From positions 6,696,001 through 6,760,000 of the forward strand of contig CM119384.1 of the NCBI GenBank assembly GCA_051294905.1: a stretch of 64,000 bases of DNA, written 5' to 3'. Of this stretch, positions 22,201-34,600 are shown one piece after another. This DNA is from Botryllus schlosseri (lineage: Eukaryota). The position numbers were made by a program, and so were the translations under genes. The notes beneath the pieces are model-generated. The model saw only the letters and a program-made list of their open reading frames with translations. It was not told the origin of the DNA and searched no databases. Every line of letters begins with the position of its first letter. Position 1 is the stretch's first letter.

Positions 22201-25200
22201 CGGCGTGTATGTCGAATGTATTTGCGATGTTTTTAAACGTGGATTGTGATATCGGCCATCCGTGAGCTTGCTGATTATGATCAAGTCATAGCGACAACAT
22301 ACTATAGTTAAGTATTTTTATTCCGGCTCACTGTATTTATTGACGTTCGCTTATCGTGCTAGTATGCCGAAAGGCTTTAAGGAGAAATAATTTGGTGCCA
22401 CGGACATGGACATTGTTCGTAGAAATAGTAAGGCTACAAAAACTACTCTTTTCACGAACTTCATAGTTTTACTAATACCTCCATGGCCAACTTGAGAAAG
22501 TTGCCTGTTTCACATTGGTTAAGAACTACTGTATTATAGTATAAAACCGTATGTAATAGGCCTACTTTTCGTAAACACGTCATAATTCATCCGAACTCGG
22601 AGGAAGTTTTGCATGCCCGACCCTGCTGTAGCCATGCCTTCGATGGCTTGTCTATATCTTCTGGCGCCAAACCGCTACACCTTTAACGATTATCACCGCT
22701 CGATAGACTTATCTATCTGTGTGCATTCCGTTCGGCAGCATACAACCGCATTAATACCAATATATAATAAGTGTGAAAGTGATCTAGCAGTATACACGCA
22801 ATAGATGACAGCCGGTAATCAATCATATGTGCTGACAGTATCTACAAAACAATTACAGGGAGCGAATTTGCGGACAAGGCACTTGACGTCAATTCCTCAA
22901 GCCCAAACCGCGATCCTGTAAATACAACATCTCTCGTGCACAATCTAAGCACCATACACGGAGTACATGCTGCAAACCAAAGCAGTGATGTTCAGGATCT
23001 CGGTATGTGGTTGCTTCATAGCTTTACTCTCTCTCTCTCTTTCATACCACGAGGACCATACTGAGCGTACATGTTTGCAAGCATGAAACGCCAATATCAT
23101 ATTGTGCATAAAAATATGATTTACCAGATCAGCCACCATGAACGATATTATGATTGTGATATCAAAAGTAGAGGTCGACCAATATTGATGTTTGCTGTCC
23201 GATACCGATACCGATTATCGACACACTCACAAGGCCGATAACCGATATCATATAGGCCGATATTAATATGGCAGGAGCAGATTACCATTTCGCCAAAAAT
23301 AATATATATTAAGCGAGATGGCACTTGTACATGCCACAGAAAGCTAAACAACAAACCAGAAAACTGAAATTGAAAATAGTTATTTCTTAATGGTGCATAT
23401 TCATTGAAATTTGGGATAACCCAAAAAGCAAAACGTGATACAGAATTGCAGATCAGTCCAGTAGAGGTAGATTGTAATGCAGGAAGCATAATTGCTCTGC
23501 ATGCTCACCTATAGTTAAACTCGTCCTGCAAAGGGTAAATCTGTCACGTATCGCCCTTTGCGTCGTCGATTTCTTGAGATGAGAAAACGGAGCATTGAAT
23601 TTCCACTATTTTTGATTATTTTTCTATACATAAAATATCTGGCCGCATAGGCCGATATCGATAATCGGAAATGTTCCAAATATCGGTCTCGGTGACACTG
23701 GCCAACACAATTTTTGTTAACTTCGATCAGACAATTGATATTGACTAACTTTTGGGCGCTGAATTCAAAAATGACTTCCGTTTTTCTCCATCACGTCAAG
23801 TTTTTAGGTTAGGCACCCACCACATTCTCTCGTAACCCACATAATAGCACCACTTTTAATATTTTGTGTTTATTATATAAAACGTTTCAAAAACCAAAAG
23901 CAGTCGAAAGTAAATCAATTGACTTCAAGTAAACATTTGCACTGCTTTATTTGGTCGATTTAAACTGATATTGCTTCTACAGGATAAATAAAGTGCGAAC
24001 TTCAGGGTCCAAATTTACGCTAATAATCAATAATTCTATATAGGTTGTCTAGTTTGATAGACGAGCAATAGTCAGCTAACATATGTAAGCTCGAATCTAC
24101 TCTGGTACCTTATTACCATCATCTTCAGATGTTGGGGGCATTTTCTCCTTGTCCATCTCTGATTCTGTCAAGGTTTTCAGGGAAATTATTTATTTATGCT
24201 GTCTGACATAAACATATGGCCGTGGCACATGTGCATCAGGGTTACATGTGCATCCTTGTTGTCTGATCACTAAGAAAACGCAATATTTCAAGCTGACGCA
24301 TATGATCCAATCACGCTCGTGATATTGCATCCATTCGATGCTTATGTATTATCCTCAATTTTTCTGTATAATTCGCAATGACTAACTGAGTGTGCAATTG
24401 TTACTGCTCCCAAGACGGTTGCATTTTTGAAAATGCCACACTTGATTCTTTTTGAGCTATAGGCATCTGCGATTCACTTGAGTTGTAAATCGTGATTCTT
24501 AACTCCTACAGCCACCCATGGTAACAGTAGGCTATATTGCCAATACCAGTATCACGACAATACACAAAGCTACCGAAAGTTTGCCTACGGCTGTATCTCC
24601 TGATTGAAAGTGAGATACCTTCTCTACCTTGTCAAGTAGCCTAATCTTTTCTCACTTTGTAAGGATGTTAAAAGTTCAAAAGATTTATATTCCAAGCTTA
24701 AGTCAGATCAATAACTTGTGTTGATGAACTACTCTACGTTCTGAATCATCTTCGATTTCAAAATCTGCATCATTAGCCTGCTATCCCTATCATCTTCATC
24801 TTGATCCAAATTATCGAGCGTAGGAGTTTCCAGTTGCACTGGATAAGCTGAATCGTGCATTGGACCTATATATAGCTGATAGTAAATGTAATATTTATTT
24901 TTCTTGCCAGATCCTGCAGTTTGCATCAAATATGTGTGGGAAATATCCTCGGATGATGCATCCTCTCACCAAAAATGGTTGAAAGCATAGGCCTAGGTCG
25001 ATATCAGTGCCTCTTTTCGTGATAATTCAATTGAGCCCTTGGCTATATAACTTATTATGTGGTAAAAGTGTGGATTTTTATATGGTATCGAAAAGTAATA
25101 TGGTTAAATTCGTGAAAATTTGCATATTTTGGGCATATGGCGTAGAGCAAAAACTTGACGTGATGGTAGAAAACCAACGGCATTTTTGGAATCAGCACGT

Positions 25201-26836
25201 CAAAATTAGCCTAGATCAAGTGCGAAATCAAAGTCAACAAATTCTTCGTTCAAAATTGTTGCCCAGTGTAATCGGTCGACCTCTAAACAAAAGTAGTGTC
25301 GTGTTCTTAGCTCGGAAAATTGTTCGGCAAGCTATAGCGAGGCCGTTTGTTGTTGGTTTTTGTGGCTTCGCTTATGTCTCGAAAATTTCAGGCCACTGGG
25401 TCCAAATAATTGTCTTCCATTTATGCTCTATGTAGGCACACACCAAGTGATTTCCAAAAGCGCATCGCGGTATACATCGATAGCGCTAGGTTATTTTACT
25501 TATACCGCATTTACAATATTTAATACTGCAATTATCTATTTACTCTTCTATCATGTCGAAATCGGGTGTAATGGTAGCCCGATGTGCTCATGTCTTGTGG
25601 CGACATGTAGCACTACAATTAACATGTGCTTGTGTGGGAGTCGTTTATATATCAGTTCATTCGTGGTGTTGGATTGAATATTAGTTTATTTTTAACTGCG
25701 GACAGTGTTATATCATCATCGCTGAAACACAAATGGTCAAAATACGAAGGCAAGTAACGCAACGTCTTTTTTCCGTTAACAGTGGTATCCTGGGCATGTT
25801 TGATTTTTGTCATCCTATATATTGCAATGTACAGCATAGGCATGGGGCCTGTGCCTTTTATTCTTCTCAGCGAAATGGTACCGTTCCGAGGAAGAGGCGT
25901 TGCGTGCGGAATCGGAACTATGAGCAACTGGTTATGCGCGTTCATCCTCACCAAGTCGTTCATTAATCTTATCGTAAGTATAGATATCGAGCCATTTACT
26001 GCAATACTATATATTTCCCACGGAACAGAATGCTCGTTATAGGAGTACATCATTATGTGCCAGGCCTGCAGAGGATTTTGCAAGTTAATTATCGATGTAT
26101 TGCTTCGAAGTGTCACAAGTTATGCACAAAAAAAAACCTGTTCACACTCGCTAAAGATGCTCTGCTCAGTTAGCTCTCGTGAGATACTCGTCAAAGAAAA
26201 ACATCTGCTTATCCCCACCCATTATTAACCTAGCCGAGAAATCCATTTGGCTATACTCGGGACCTATAATTTAGTATTCACCATACCACAACATATCTGG
26301 GAATTGCCTCATGATAAATGAAGAAAGTTTTTTCGTTTTTTTTACTTAATTAACAAATTTTATAAGCAGATCATATCAAGAAAGCGTATTTGTTTGGTGC
26401 GGGTGCAATCATGCAGACTTTGACTTGTAAGGTCTTATAGGTCACCCCTATCGAATACTGTTTGTGTTTCTGTTTTGTATCACCATTGATGTATGTGTGT
26501 TTGTCGTGTATTTCGGTTGTTCATAGTCCGTCTTTTCTCCAGGAACTTTTTTCTGTACATACCGTCTTTTGGATGTTCGCGGCGGTCTGCTTCGTTGCTT
26601 TGATTTTTACTCGGCGATGCGTCATCGAAACGAGCGGCAAGACGTTGGCGGAAATTCAAGACCTTCTCGCAGCGGACACCAGAGACACGAAATCCTTTGC
26701 CGATGAGAAGAAATTTCTCAGCTTTGACAAGATCCTTTGTCATCCCGTCTCGCCTAAAGCGTGCGCTAAATCGACAAGGTCATCTAGTGTAGAAGAGCAA
26801 AGTAGAGACTTGATCGATAATTGCGCGGACGTGTAA
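13224..26836 (+). CDS. MFS sugar porter, class III GLUT (SLC2A6/SLC2A8/Tret1-like), 9 exons, ~547 aa
   Basis: Exons 13224-13397, 13558-13764, 14488-14635, 14695-14855, 15688-15847, 16553-16717, 22859-23002, 25783-25973, 26543-26836; all GT-AG, phases compatible, total 1644 nt. Sugar-porter motifs: D-x-x-GRR twice, YISEVSP..LRG, PES, QQCSGGN, GMGPVPF..LSE, ETSGKTL. The start codon could lie further upstream. Confidence 0.92.
15289..15444. mobile_element. Old miniature Penelope-like pLTR insertion in inverted arrangement
   Basis: Homologous to both ends of 19166-21051, including the hammerhead core and tail. A short inverted second arm starts near 15399. Decayed direct repeats TTCCAACAGAAAAG/TTCCTACAGAATAAAAG flank it. 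Confidence 0.75.
19224..19257 (-). ncRNA. Minimal hammerhead ribozyme motif in the PLE pLTR (left arm)
   Basis: Exact reverse complement of 20993-21026. Confidence 0.75.
19359..20108 (-). pseudogene. PLE ORF 3' part: RT thumb/linker plus GIY-YIG endonuclease (left arm)
   Basis: RKINLIGTLVHRALMICS thumb region; SNVVYEFKCHCDCGYVGRT...RINQH is a GIY-YIG variant with Cys/His; ends LESTFIK..P.LC.QKE. RT core absent. Confidence 0.9.
20112..20891 (+). pseudogene. PLE ORF 3' part: RT thumb/linker plus GIY-YIG endonuclease (right arm)
   Basis: Same protein as the left arm, extended by QYLRWNSFSP. Open frame but 5'-truncated. Confidence 0.9.
20993..21026 (+). ncRNA. Minimal type I hammerhead ribozyme motif in the PLE pLTR (right arm)
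   Basis: ACCC-CTGACGA-GTGTCAGCC-GAAA-ATAT-TC-GGGT: complete core, 4-bp stem I, 1-bp stem II and palindromic AATATT stem III, the form known from PLE hammerheads. Predicted cleavage after C21022. Activity not tested. Confidence 0.75.
23696..25268. mobile_element. Unclassified TIR element with CACTGG/CCAGTG ends, nested in the hAT MITE
   Basis: Imperfect inverted terminal arms of ~120 bp or more (...CCATCACGTCAAGTTTTT near 23790 vs AAAAACTTGACGTGATGG near 25150). TSD unclear. Confidence 0.55.
24250..25010 (-). repeat. Decayed repeat, possible pogo/Tigger remnant; second copy at 50420-52600
   Basis: Reverse-complement homology to 50420-50796 plus 52280-52600. The decayed frame LTK*EKIRLLDKVEK only weakly resembles a CENP-B-type HTH, so the class is uncertain. 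Confidence 0.5.
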
Positions 26837-26877
26837 AGATGTAGTACTTTTCAATATTATGTATTCTATTTATACAA

Positions 26878-26883
26878 AATAAA
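26878..26883 (+). terminator. Candidate polyadenylation signal of the sugar transporter
   Basis: AATAAA about 40 nt after the stop codon. Confidence 0.45.
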
Positions 26884-28661
26884 AGACTGACACATGGGCT
26901 ATTTGTCTTCGAGTCTTCGGATGTCAACGATGTTGTCCTATAGTTAATTCCTGGTACTGCAACAGGTTGGAGCGCGGTACAATGGTCACCAGTTCGCGGA
27001 ACAGTCATCACCGGTCCGCTGGGGCATTATTAGTCTGTAATCAGACTGGAGGCATCTTTAGATATATGCCATACACGGATTATTTGACTCGGACATGTCA
27101 AATGATATCCTGACATTTATATCGACTTTCCAAAATCAAGACAAGACTTATCGAAATTCAATATCTGCTATCAATCCCGGTCTTGTTGTATATAAGAAAA
27201 GAGCCTATCTTCTCTTTGATTTGTCGATTAAGTGGCGATTATAAATATAGTGACGTTCAATTTTTTGCTAAACTTGTTCAGTTCATTTTGAATGCATGTT
27301 CATTATTCAGTTAAGAATGTGTTGAAAGATATCTGCGTCCCCTATACTTTAGGGGGACAGCGGTAGAATTATCATGACCGGTCAGCGAGACGAAAAGGTT
27401 ATGGACCACTATGGCGTATTCATCCAACCGCAAGTTTTAATAAGCTACTTGCTATAATGACAAAATATGTACGGGAGGCAGTTCCATCATCATTCATAAT
27501 GATGATGCAGCAAAGCAAAGTTGATTTTGTCAATACTGTACATGGCGCAGATATTGCTAAGTTTGTTACAGGAATATACTTCGTAGGTGGTCAGTATTCC
27601 GAATGCTCATCGAAAGTGATTGCTCAACAATATCGACCTTGCACGGCTACGAAATTTGAATATGTCCATACGAAACATTGCGTTCGTGGATTCTTTGTTA
27701 ACTTGATCTAAACATCAGCTCATATGTGGAGAGTAGCCTATACAACCCGCAAATGCAGCTTTTACTATTTACTGTATATGCGATCCACTTGTGCACGATA
27801 ACAGTGTGACTGACTGGACAATGCAGACCGTGAGATAAGAATAAAATACCAGGTGAATCATGAAATAGTTCGGAGAAATACCTAAACTATATGCACTTGA
27901 AACCCACGAAATATGTGTAAAATATTTTTATCGGACAATGGACGACAATCCACAACGATTATTAAATCAGTTCATTTTTAATGAGCACAAAGTAGTCCGT
28001 TATTTCTTTGCGGTTCGAACTGTCATATACGGTATTTGTTGATGCATACCTTTCTGTTGCTTTCGTGTAAAAATTTTCGGAATGAAAAAGTGTTCGTAGG
28101 TGAAACTAAACACAAATCAAACTTTACCTCCATCTGCGCGCTAATCTGCTATCAACAATAAGAATTTGGCGATTTTACGCATTGAATGTTATTAAAGGTT
28201 ACTAGTTCGTACCATAATAGCAGACACATTGAGCGGATGCACGTTTAACCAGTTGTATATGTCTGTTACAAACATTGTTGTGAGCTTCGTTTGATTGGCT
28301 GTCAGTCTTTCTGACCCACTCTTGACAAATAATGTCTGAGCCCAGTATTAAAGTGGCAAGTGATGACGAAACAATTTTGATATACATCTTTGCGATTGTT
28401 ATCGCGCAATAGACAATAGATTTCCTGCGTTGCGCCAAAAAGATATCTAAATTCCGATGGTCTTAAAATTGTGATTTCAATTACGCGCGGAAGAGGAGAT
28501 ACTGATCGAGTAATTCCCCAGTGGCGAATAGAATTAACGCCTGCAGACATCTTCAATGCACATAAATACAGACTTCACCAGGCGGAGTATAGTATATTCG
28601 GACGTTTTAAGCGGAACGGTTAAGATCATATTAGTGCCTGCTGATCTGAATGATTGGCGAC

Positions 28662-31600
28662 ATGGTATTTTCTGCAAGATCTATGTGGCTGGTTTATTCT
28701 GTCGTATGCGTCTTCTTCCACGTAGCGAATTCAAAAGGTATATGCATATTACTTATAAAGGATGGCATTCCTGTAACAAACCCACGCTTTCTTACGTGCG
28801 TTCCAAATGTAATCAAAAATAGTGCATCTATGCAGAACATAGACTGGCCTCCGTGACTGCGATGCAATATTTTAGGCATCCCCTTTTTTGTTTGTGACTA
28901 CTTTTTTACTAAACTTTTCTATGGTATGCCCATTGGCCAATGGTATGATTATGATTACTAAAGCCATATATAGAATAAAACCGAAGTTTCGTAGTGGAAG
29001 ATGATTGTTGGATGCCTGGAGGACTGCCTGTCCTTGCGCTTAGCTCGAATTGAAAATATCAATGGAACTATGGATTTGATTAACAGATACTCCAGTCTGA
29101 TTATATTATTCAGCTAGACCGATTGTTCTTAACCTGTTCTCCCCTCCCCACAAATAAATAAATAAATGAATGAAGACTAAAAACAAATGTGCCTGACATG
29201 AATGTAATGACAACATATAACAGTGGTAGTTGGCACCGCTTCTTCGCAACCAAATCGTTCAATTGGGGTTTAATTCCAGCAGATGAATAACTTATTGAAT
29301 AGTTCTCTGAGCTTATACTTATTCCTATAGCATCAACAGATCAACAGGTGTAAAAGAATGCCACTTCGGATGAGTGCCACTGGGCTAGAACTTGCTGAAA
29401 AATTGACTACTTGAAAGAACGGCAAAATAGCAGTGTACTTGTTTATAACTGTTGGCTACCCCTACCAATTACTTTGGAAGATCAACTGACGAAAAGATAC
29501 TATATATTACGATTGCAGAGTGCTATGGCGTCGGAAACCCAGATGGTCCGGCGGCGCTTGTTGGAACGATACACGCCAACAATACAAATTATTTCGAAGG
29601 CTGCAAGATTGTTCGGGGCAATATCGTTTTCCAAGCATACGCATTCGGGGGGTACGTATAAGCACCAAACGTAATGTTTTTCATTCGTTATGCCAAAGTT
29701 ATGAGATGGGTCTTAATAATTATGTCATTGTAATGATATACCTTTTAGCCGCGAGTATGGATGATCAAAATACCGCAAATAGATATTATTTTATATATTC
29801 AACCGAATCCACGGTGTATGTATGAATTAATGCGTGTCACGTATTCAAAAATCGCCAGAGAACACGTCTTCTCTGATACAGCGTGACGATTCACTGGCTT
29901 GATCTGTTGAATTAATTATTTTCGAACTGCAAAATTTGTTTTGATATTGTTGGTGGGTACAACTAACACAGAAGTTATTGGATAATTTTATGTTATTATT
30001 GAAGCACTGATTTAATAGTAATATATTTTGCCTGACCTGACGTATTTATTTTTCACTGTAGCGACAAGCAAAATTATATCCCACCCATGACCGCGCAGCA
30101 AGTGATGAAATCGTTTTCGTCTGTTGAAGTTATAACCGGTGAGTGTTATCTCAATATTATCGCTAACTCCAAATACCTGAGCTTAGTCTACACCGGACTG
30201 GGAAAAAATTTATGGCAAGCAATAATTATGAATCGTTCTGTGTATTCCACATACTTTCAAGTTTTGTTGGCGATTTCGTGGAGCAGAATAAATCGATCGT
30301 GACTTGCGCATTTCAAATAGTTGCAGACTTGAGTTGGATACTGAACCTGTTAAGATATTTCATTGAAAGCATAAATGATTGTTTGGTTGCCATGTCGAAA
30401 TACAGCGACTTCTGCAGATAAACTTCTGTACCGATAGGCCTACATGCACTCAGTCACCGTGTTGCGAGGTCTATATAGCGACTCGGTGTGAATCGCGTTG
30501 TCGCAGACGGGCACTGATATTTACAAAGCGTGTTTTGAGTAGGCGCACAATTATTTCAACCCGGTATTGAAATATGTTTATTCGTTAAAGCGCTTTCCAT
30601 CTTTTGCAGGATATCTGAATATTTTGGGTTGGCATAAAAATCTTTCTGACTTCAGCGCTTTTGGCAACTTGAGAACCATTCGAGGCGTCCAACTTTTTCG
30701 CGGAGTTGCCGCGATTGTGATTCAGGACACCACCGCCGGCCGGCCGTATCACCTCGAATCGGTACGTTTGCTAACGACTCAGCGGATTAGACGTGTTATA
30801 TTAGTTATTCGTACCGTTATCGACATCCCCGACCAGAAAAAAACCTGGTACTGGCAGCTTCCTAATCCTGACTATTTTGCACCTGCTGAGCACCAGGTCT
30901 ATATATACTTGCTATTACATGTTTAGTGGCAGCGGAGCCGACTGCTTCAGACATCCAATACAGTTCGCCAGTACTGTGAAAAAAATCATCATGGGCGAGG
31001 GGAATTTTCCAATATAGGATAATTAATGGTATCGTGGCGACATCATGCGGCACCACCACTGTGGTCATCTCTTATTTTCATGTCGCTTTAGCCGTTGATT
31101 GTGCTTTGGTCAGTTCACTCTCAAGTGCTGCTTACAATAAATTTGTTACCCGCATAAGTACGTTACAACATCGATTTATAACGAGGTGATTCGATTCGAA
31201 ATGTCGTAGGTAAAATTCCCCGGTTTCTCTTGAATGGTAATGAATCTTGTTAATTCCACTGATTTCTTCACCTGGGAAGTGCTAGTGATATTTCGTATGA
31301 TCCCGAATGGTGTAGCGATTTAATGTCGCTGGATTTCTTGTTTTGACGAAAACATATTGTGTTTTAGGCTAACATGTGACTCACCGAAATGTATTGTCAA
31401 AATATCGGTGGCGGGAAAACCTAGGGAGAAAATGGCGGAATCTTTAATGTACTGTATATATATTAATGTCCAATGTCCATAGATGCCTAAACAGCTGGCG
31501 CCAAATACTTATGCCCTTGAAATTCGATACCACCAGTACAATCGGTTAATATGATCACATTGGATGAGAGAGGATAAAAACGATATAATACATATATATT

Positions 31601-34600
31601 ATACCAATATTATTGACCAAATTTAGCGAATTTATTTCGCATCGAGCGCGAATAGACATAATATAGCACATTCCAACTCTCGCTTTGGTAGTGGGGGAAA
31701 GGGCCGGCGAATATGGGGGTCTGGATGTCGCAGCCCCCTGAATTTAGGTCGCTCAACCTAAATGAGGGGACCAAGACCAACGTTTTTGGAGGTGGGGGCT
31801 AACGAAGTAATGTTTCGGTCCTGTAAATACGCATATACTGTCATGAGAGCCTTTTCTAGGTCAAAACTTTGGGATTTCGGTCATTGAAAAGCATCGAGCG
31901 CGGGAACGTCTACATTGGATACATGCGAAACCTCTGCTACCTGGACACTGTAAACTGGACGAGAGTCTTGAAAAGCCCAGTTAAAGAGAGCAGATTCGTA
32001 TCCGGCGTGATGCTCCGAAACAACAAAAAATGTTACGGTAAGAAACAAAAACAAAATCGGCTTGACTATACTGTGACTTCATCCACGTCAAGTATAGGCT
32101 ACGTCAAAATACATATGTGGCGTCGCGTCATGGTAACCTAATCAATCCCATCTGAATTTTTGTTCGCCCATCCTAAATGTCCATCCTGGACCCGCCTGTG
32201 GATACGTTGTCTTACACAAATGCAAGGCAGTGACCAGTTTGAAAAATGTGGCTCAAATTTGTCGACTATGTGATCATTGATGCATGCGTGACTAATTGAC
32301 TATGCTTCATTATAGCTGTAACGGGATTTGGTCGTAGATCTGACTTACTAAATTCCAACCTCAGAAGCCGCTAAATTCTAACGTTAAATAAGTTCCCACT
32401 CCGCACTGGAGCTTTCTTTCAATTCTTCATAAAATTTGTCTTGTGATGGGGTTTGTGAAGTTTGAATTGGCGCGATTGTGGTGAAAAATTAGGGTCATCC
32501 ACCTTCGAGTTTCTCTTGGCTTCTCTTGGGCCGCGCTCAGACCAGGACCGTATGAATTAGCATTTCTGGATTACGTGAACTACATCATAACACCAACATT
32601 GGCTTCATTTATTATCTATGTTACGTTGACAACATTGGGGAGCAATCATCGAAAATCCAAGGCTCATTAAACTTCCATCATCGAATTATTCCATGAAATA
32701 CCAAACATTGGGGTGAACTGCTTCAGACTCGAACACCAGTAGATTGCATGTGAAATTTTTGGAGCTTGAGTATAGGCCAGTGGTTCTCAAGCTTTTTCAC
32801 TGTGGGAGCCATTTTATGAACCTCAACTCTGTCGGGAGCCGCATGATGGCACGAATAACGTAATTTATTGAGAATAGAAAAATATCATCAAAAATGGTAT
32901 CAACGAAATGGTGTACGGCTAAAATAGCGACGGCCTTAATAGCGACGGCCAAAACACCGACTGGCCACAACAGCGACGGCCATAACAGCGACGGCCAAAA
33001 CCGCGATTGGCTCAAACAGCGACGGCCAAAACAAATACGACAATTTCCCCAGACGACACTGTGACAGCGGGCACTCCCCATACGGACAACTTCCGAAACG
33101 ACGTTACCCAGCCACGTCCCTTCACCGATGGTATACCGAGGTATACCCTTCACCGTTGAAGCCGATTGCGGATGATTTACAATTTACATTCTTCCAGATA
33201 GTAAATAGATAGTGATCACCACAGATTTAGCGTCACAACATGTTTATTGAGACTTAATCCACAATCTTTCTGAGTTCCGAGAGCATGTGAATTGAGTTTG
33301 GATGAACAAGGCGTGACGCTAAATCTGTGGTGATCACTATCTATTTTGCAACTTAGTGCGAAACTTGAAATTGAATTTGATTTTTCACAAGTTTGTCATA
33401 ACGAGGTTTCATCGTGGAGGAAGCTGTGCACAAGAGCTGTTTCAGATGACGATCAGTCAATCGATTGCGATATTTGCTTTTGATCCTCACTAATTTGCTG
33501 AAAAGGGCTTCACATACATAGGTTGAACCGAACATGCAGGCATTCTTCGATGCGTTAGCTATCAGGTTGGGGTATTTTTCTTCAGGAACAGCACCCCAAA
33601 ATTCAAGGAGTCCATTGCTTTGAAACAACAGTCGCAATTCTATATCGGACTGCAAGTCCAGCAGTTCCATCTGAAAAATATCAGGGGCAGTGGCGGCATC
33701 TACTGCCATTGGGTTTGAAAATATATTCATCAGGGGTACGGAATGATGCATTCCCTCTATTCGACGTTTAAACCCGTCAATCAAGGTACTAATAACCTGG
33801 TCATATGTTTTGAATGATCCATTCTGTCGGTGGTTTGAAAGCGTTACAAAATGTGTCGTAACACCCTCCTCTAGGTGCTTTCTCCAAAGACACAATTTCT
33901 CAATGAAACCAGACACTGTCCCGTACCAGGCGTGACAGAGCTTGTTATTTCCTTGTAAGTTCCGATTTAGTGACGACAGGTGTGAGGTAATATCCACCAT
34001 GAACGCCAAGTCAGCAACCCAGTGTTCGTTTCCCAACTGAGGGATGTCTTTCTTTCCTTCGACAAATATTTTAATCTCAGGAAGTAGCGCGTAAAATCTT
34101 TTGAGGCATGCAGCTCGGCTTAGCCATCGTACAGCGGTGAACATGATCAAGTCTCCATGGTCAGCATCAATATCGGTGAGAAAAGCCTTGAATTTTCGAT
34201 GGTTAAGTGCGTTTGCTCGAATCCAATTTACGGTCGATATTACTATATCTGTCACATTGGACATCTTTAATGATTTAGCAACAAGACTTTCCTGGTGTAT
34301 AATGCAGTGTTGCCAAGTCACAGCGTCAAGATTCTGTTCAGCACGCCATTTGTTGACGAGTCCTTGAAGACCTAGATTTTTGCCGAGCATTGCTGGGCAG
34401 CCATCTGTCGCCAATGAATATAATTTCGATGGGTCTAAATGCGCTTCTTGAAGAGTAGCATGAAATTCACGAAACATGTCGGTTCCCTTCGTTGTGCCAT
34501 GAATAGATCGCAAAGTAAGAAACTCCTCGCAAATCTTGAAATCTGGCATGACTCCCCGGATGAATACAGCTAATTGCTCTATGTCGGTAATGTCGTTAGT

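Larger units (their letters stand above)
23169..25285. mobile_element. hAT MITE (TAGAGGTCGACC family) expanded by nested insertions
   Basis: TIR TAGAGGTCGACC/GGTCGACCTCTA; TSD ATCAAAAG/AACAAAAG. Confidence 0.8.

Noticed and set aside
32926-33027. CRISPR-like short repeat array
   Set aside because: 10-bp units with 5-20-bp gaps in a eukaryotic intron, with no cas genes.
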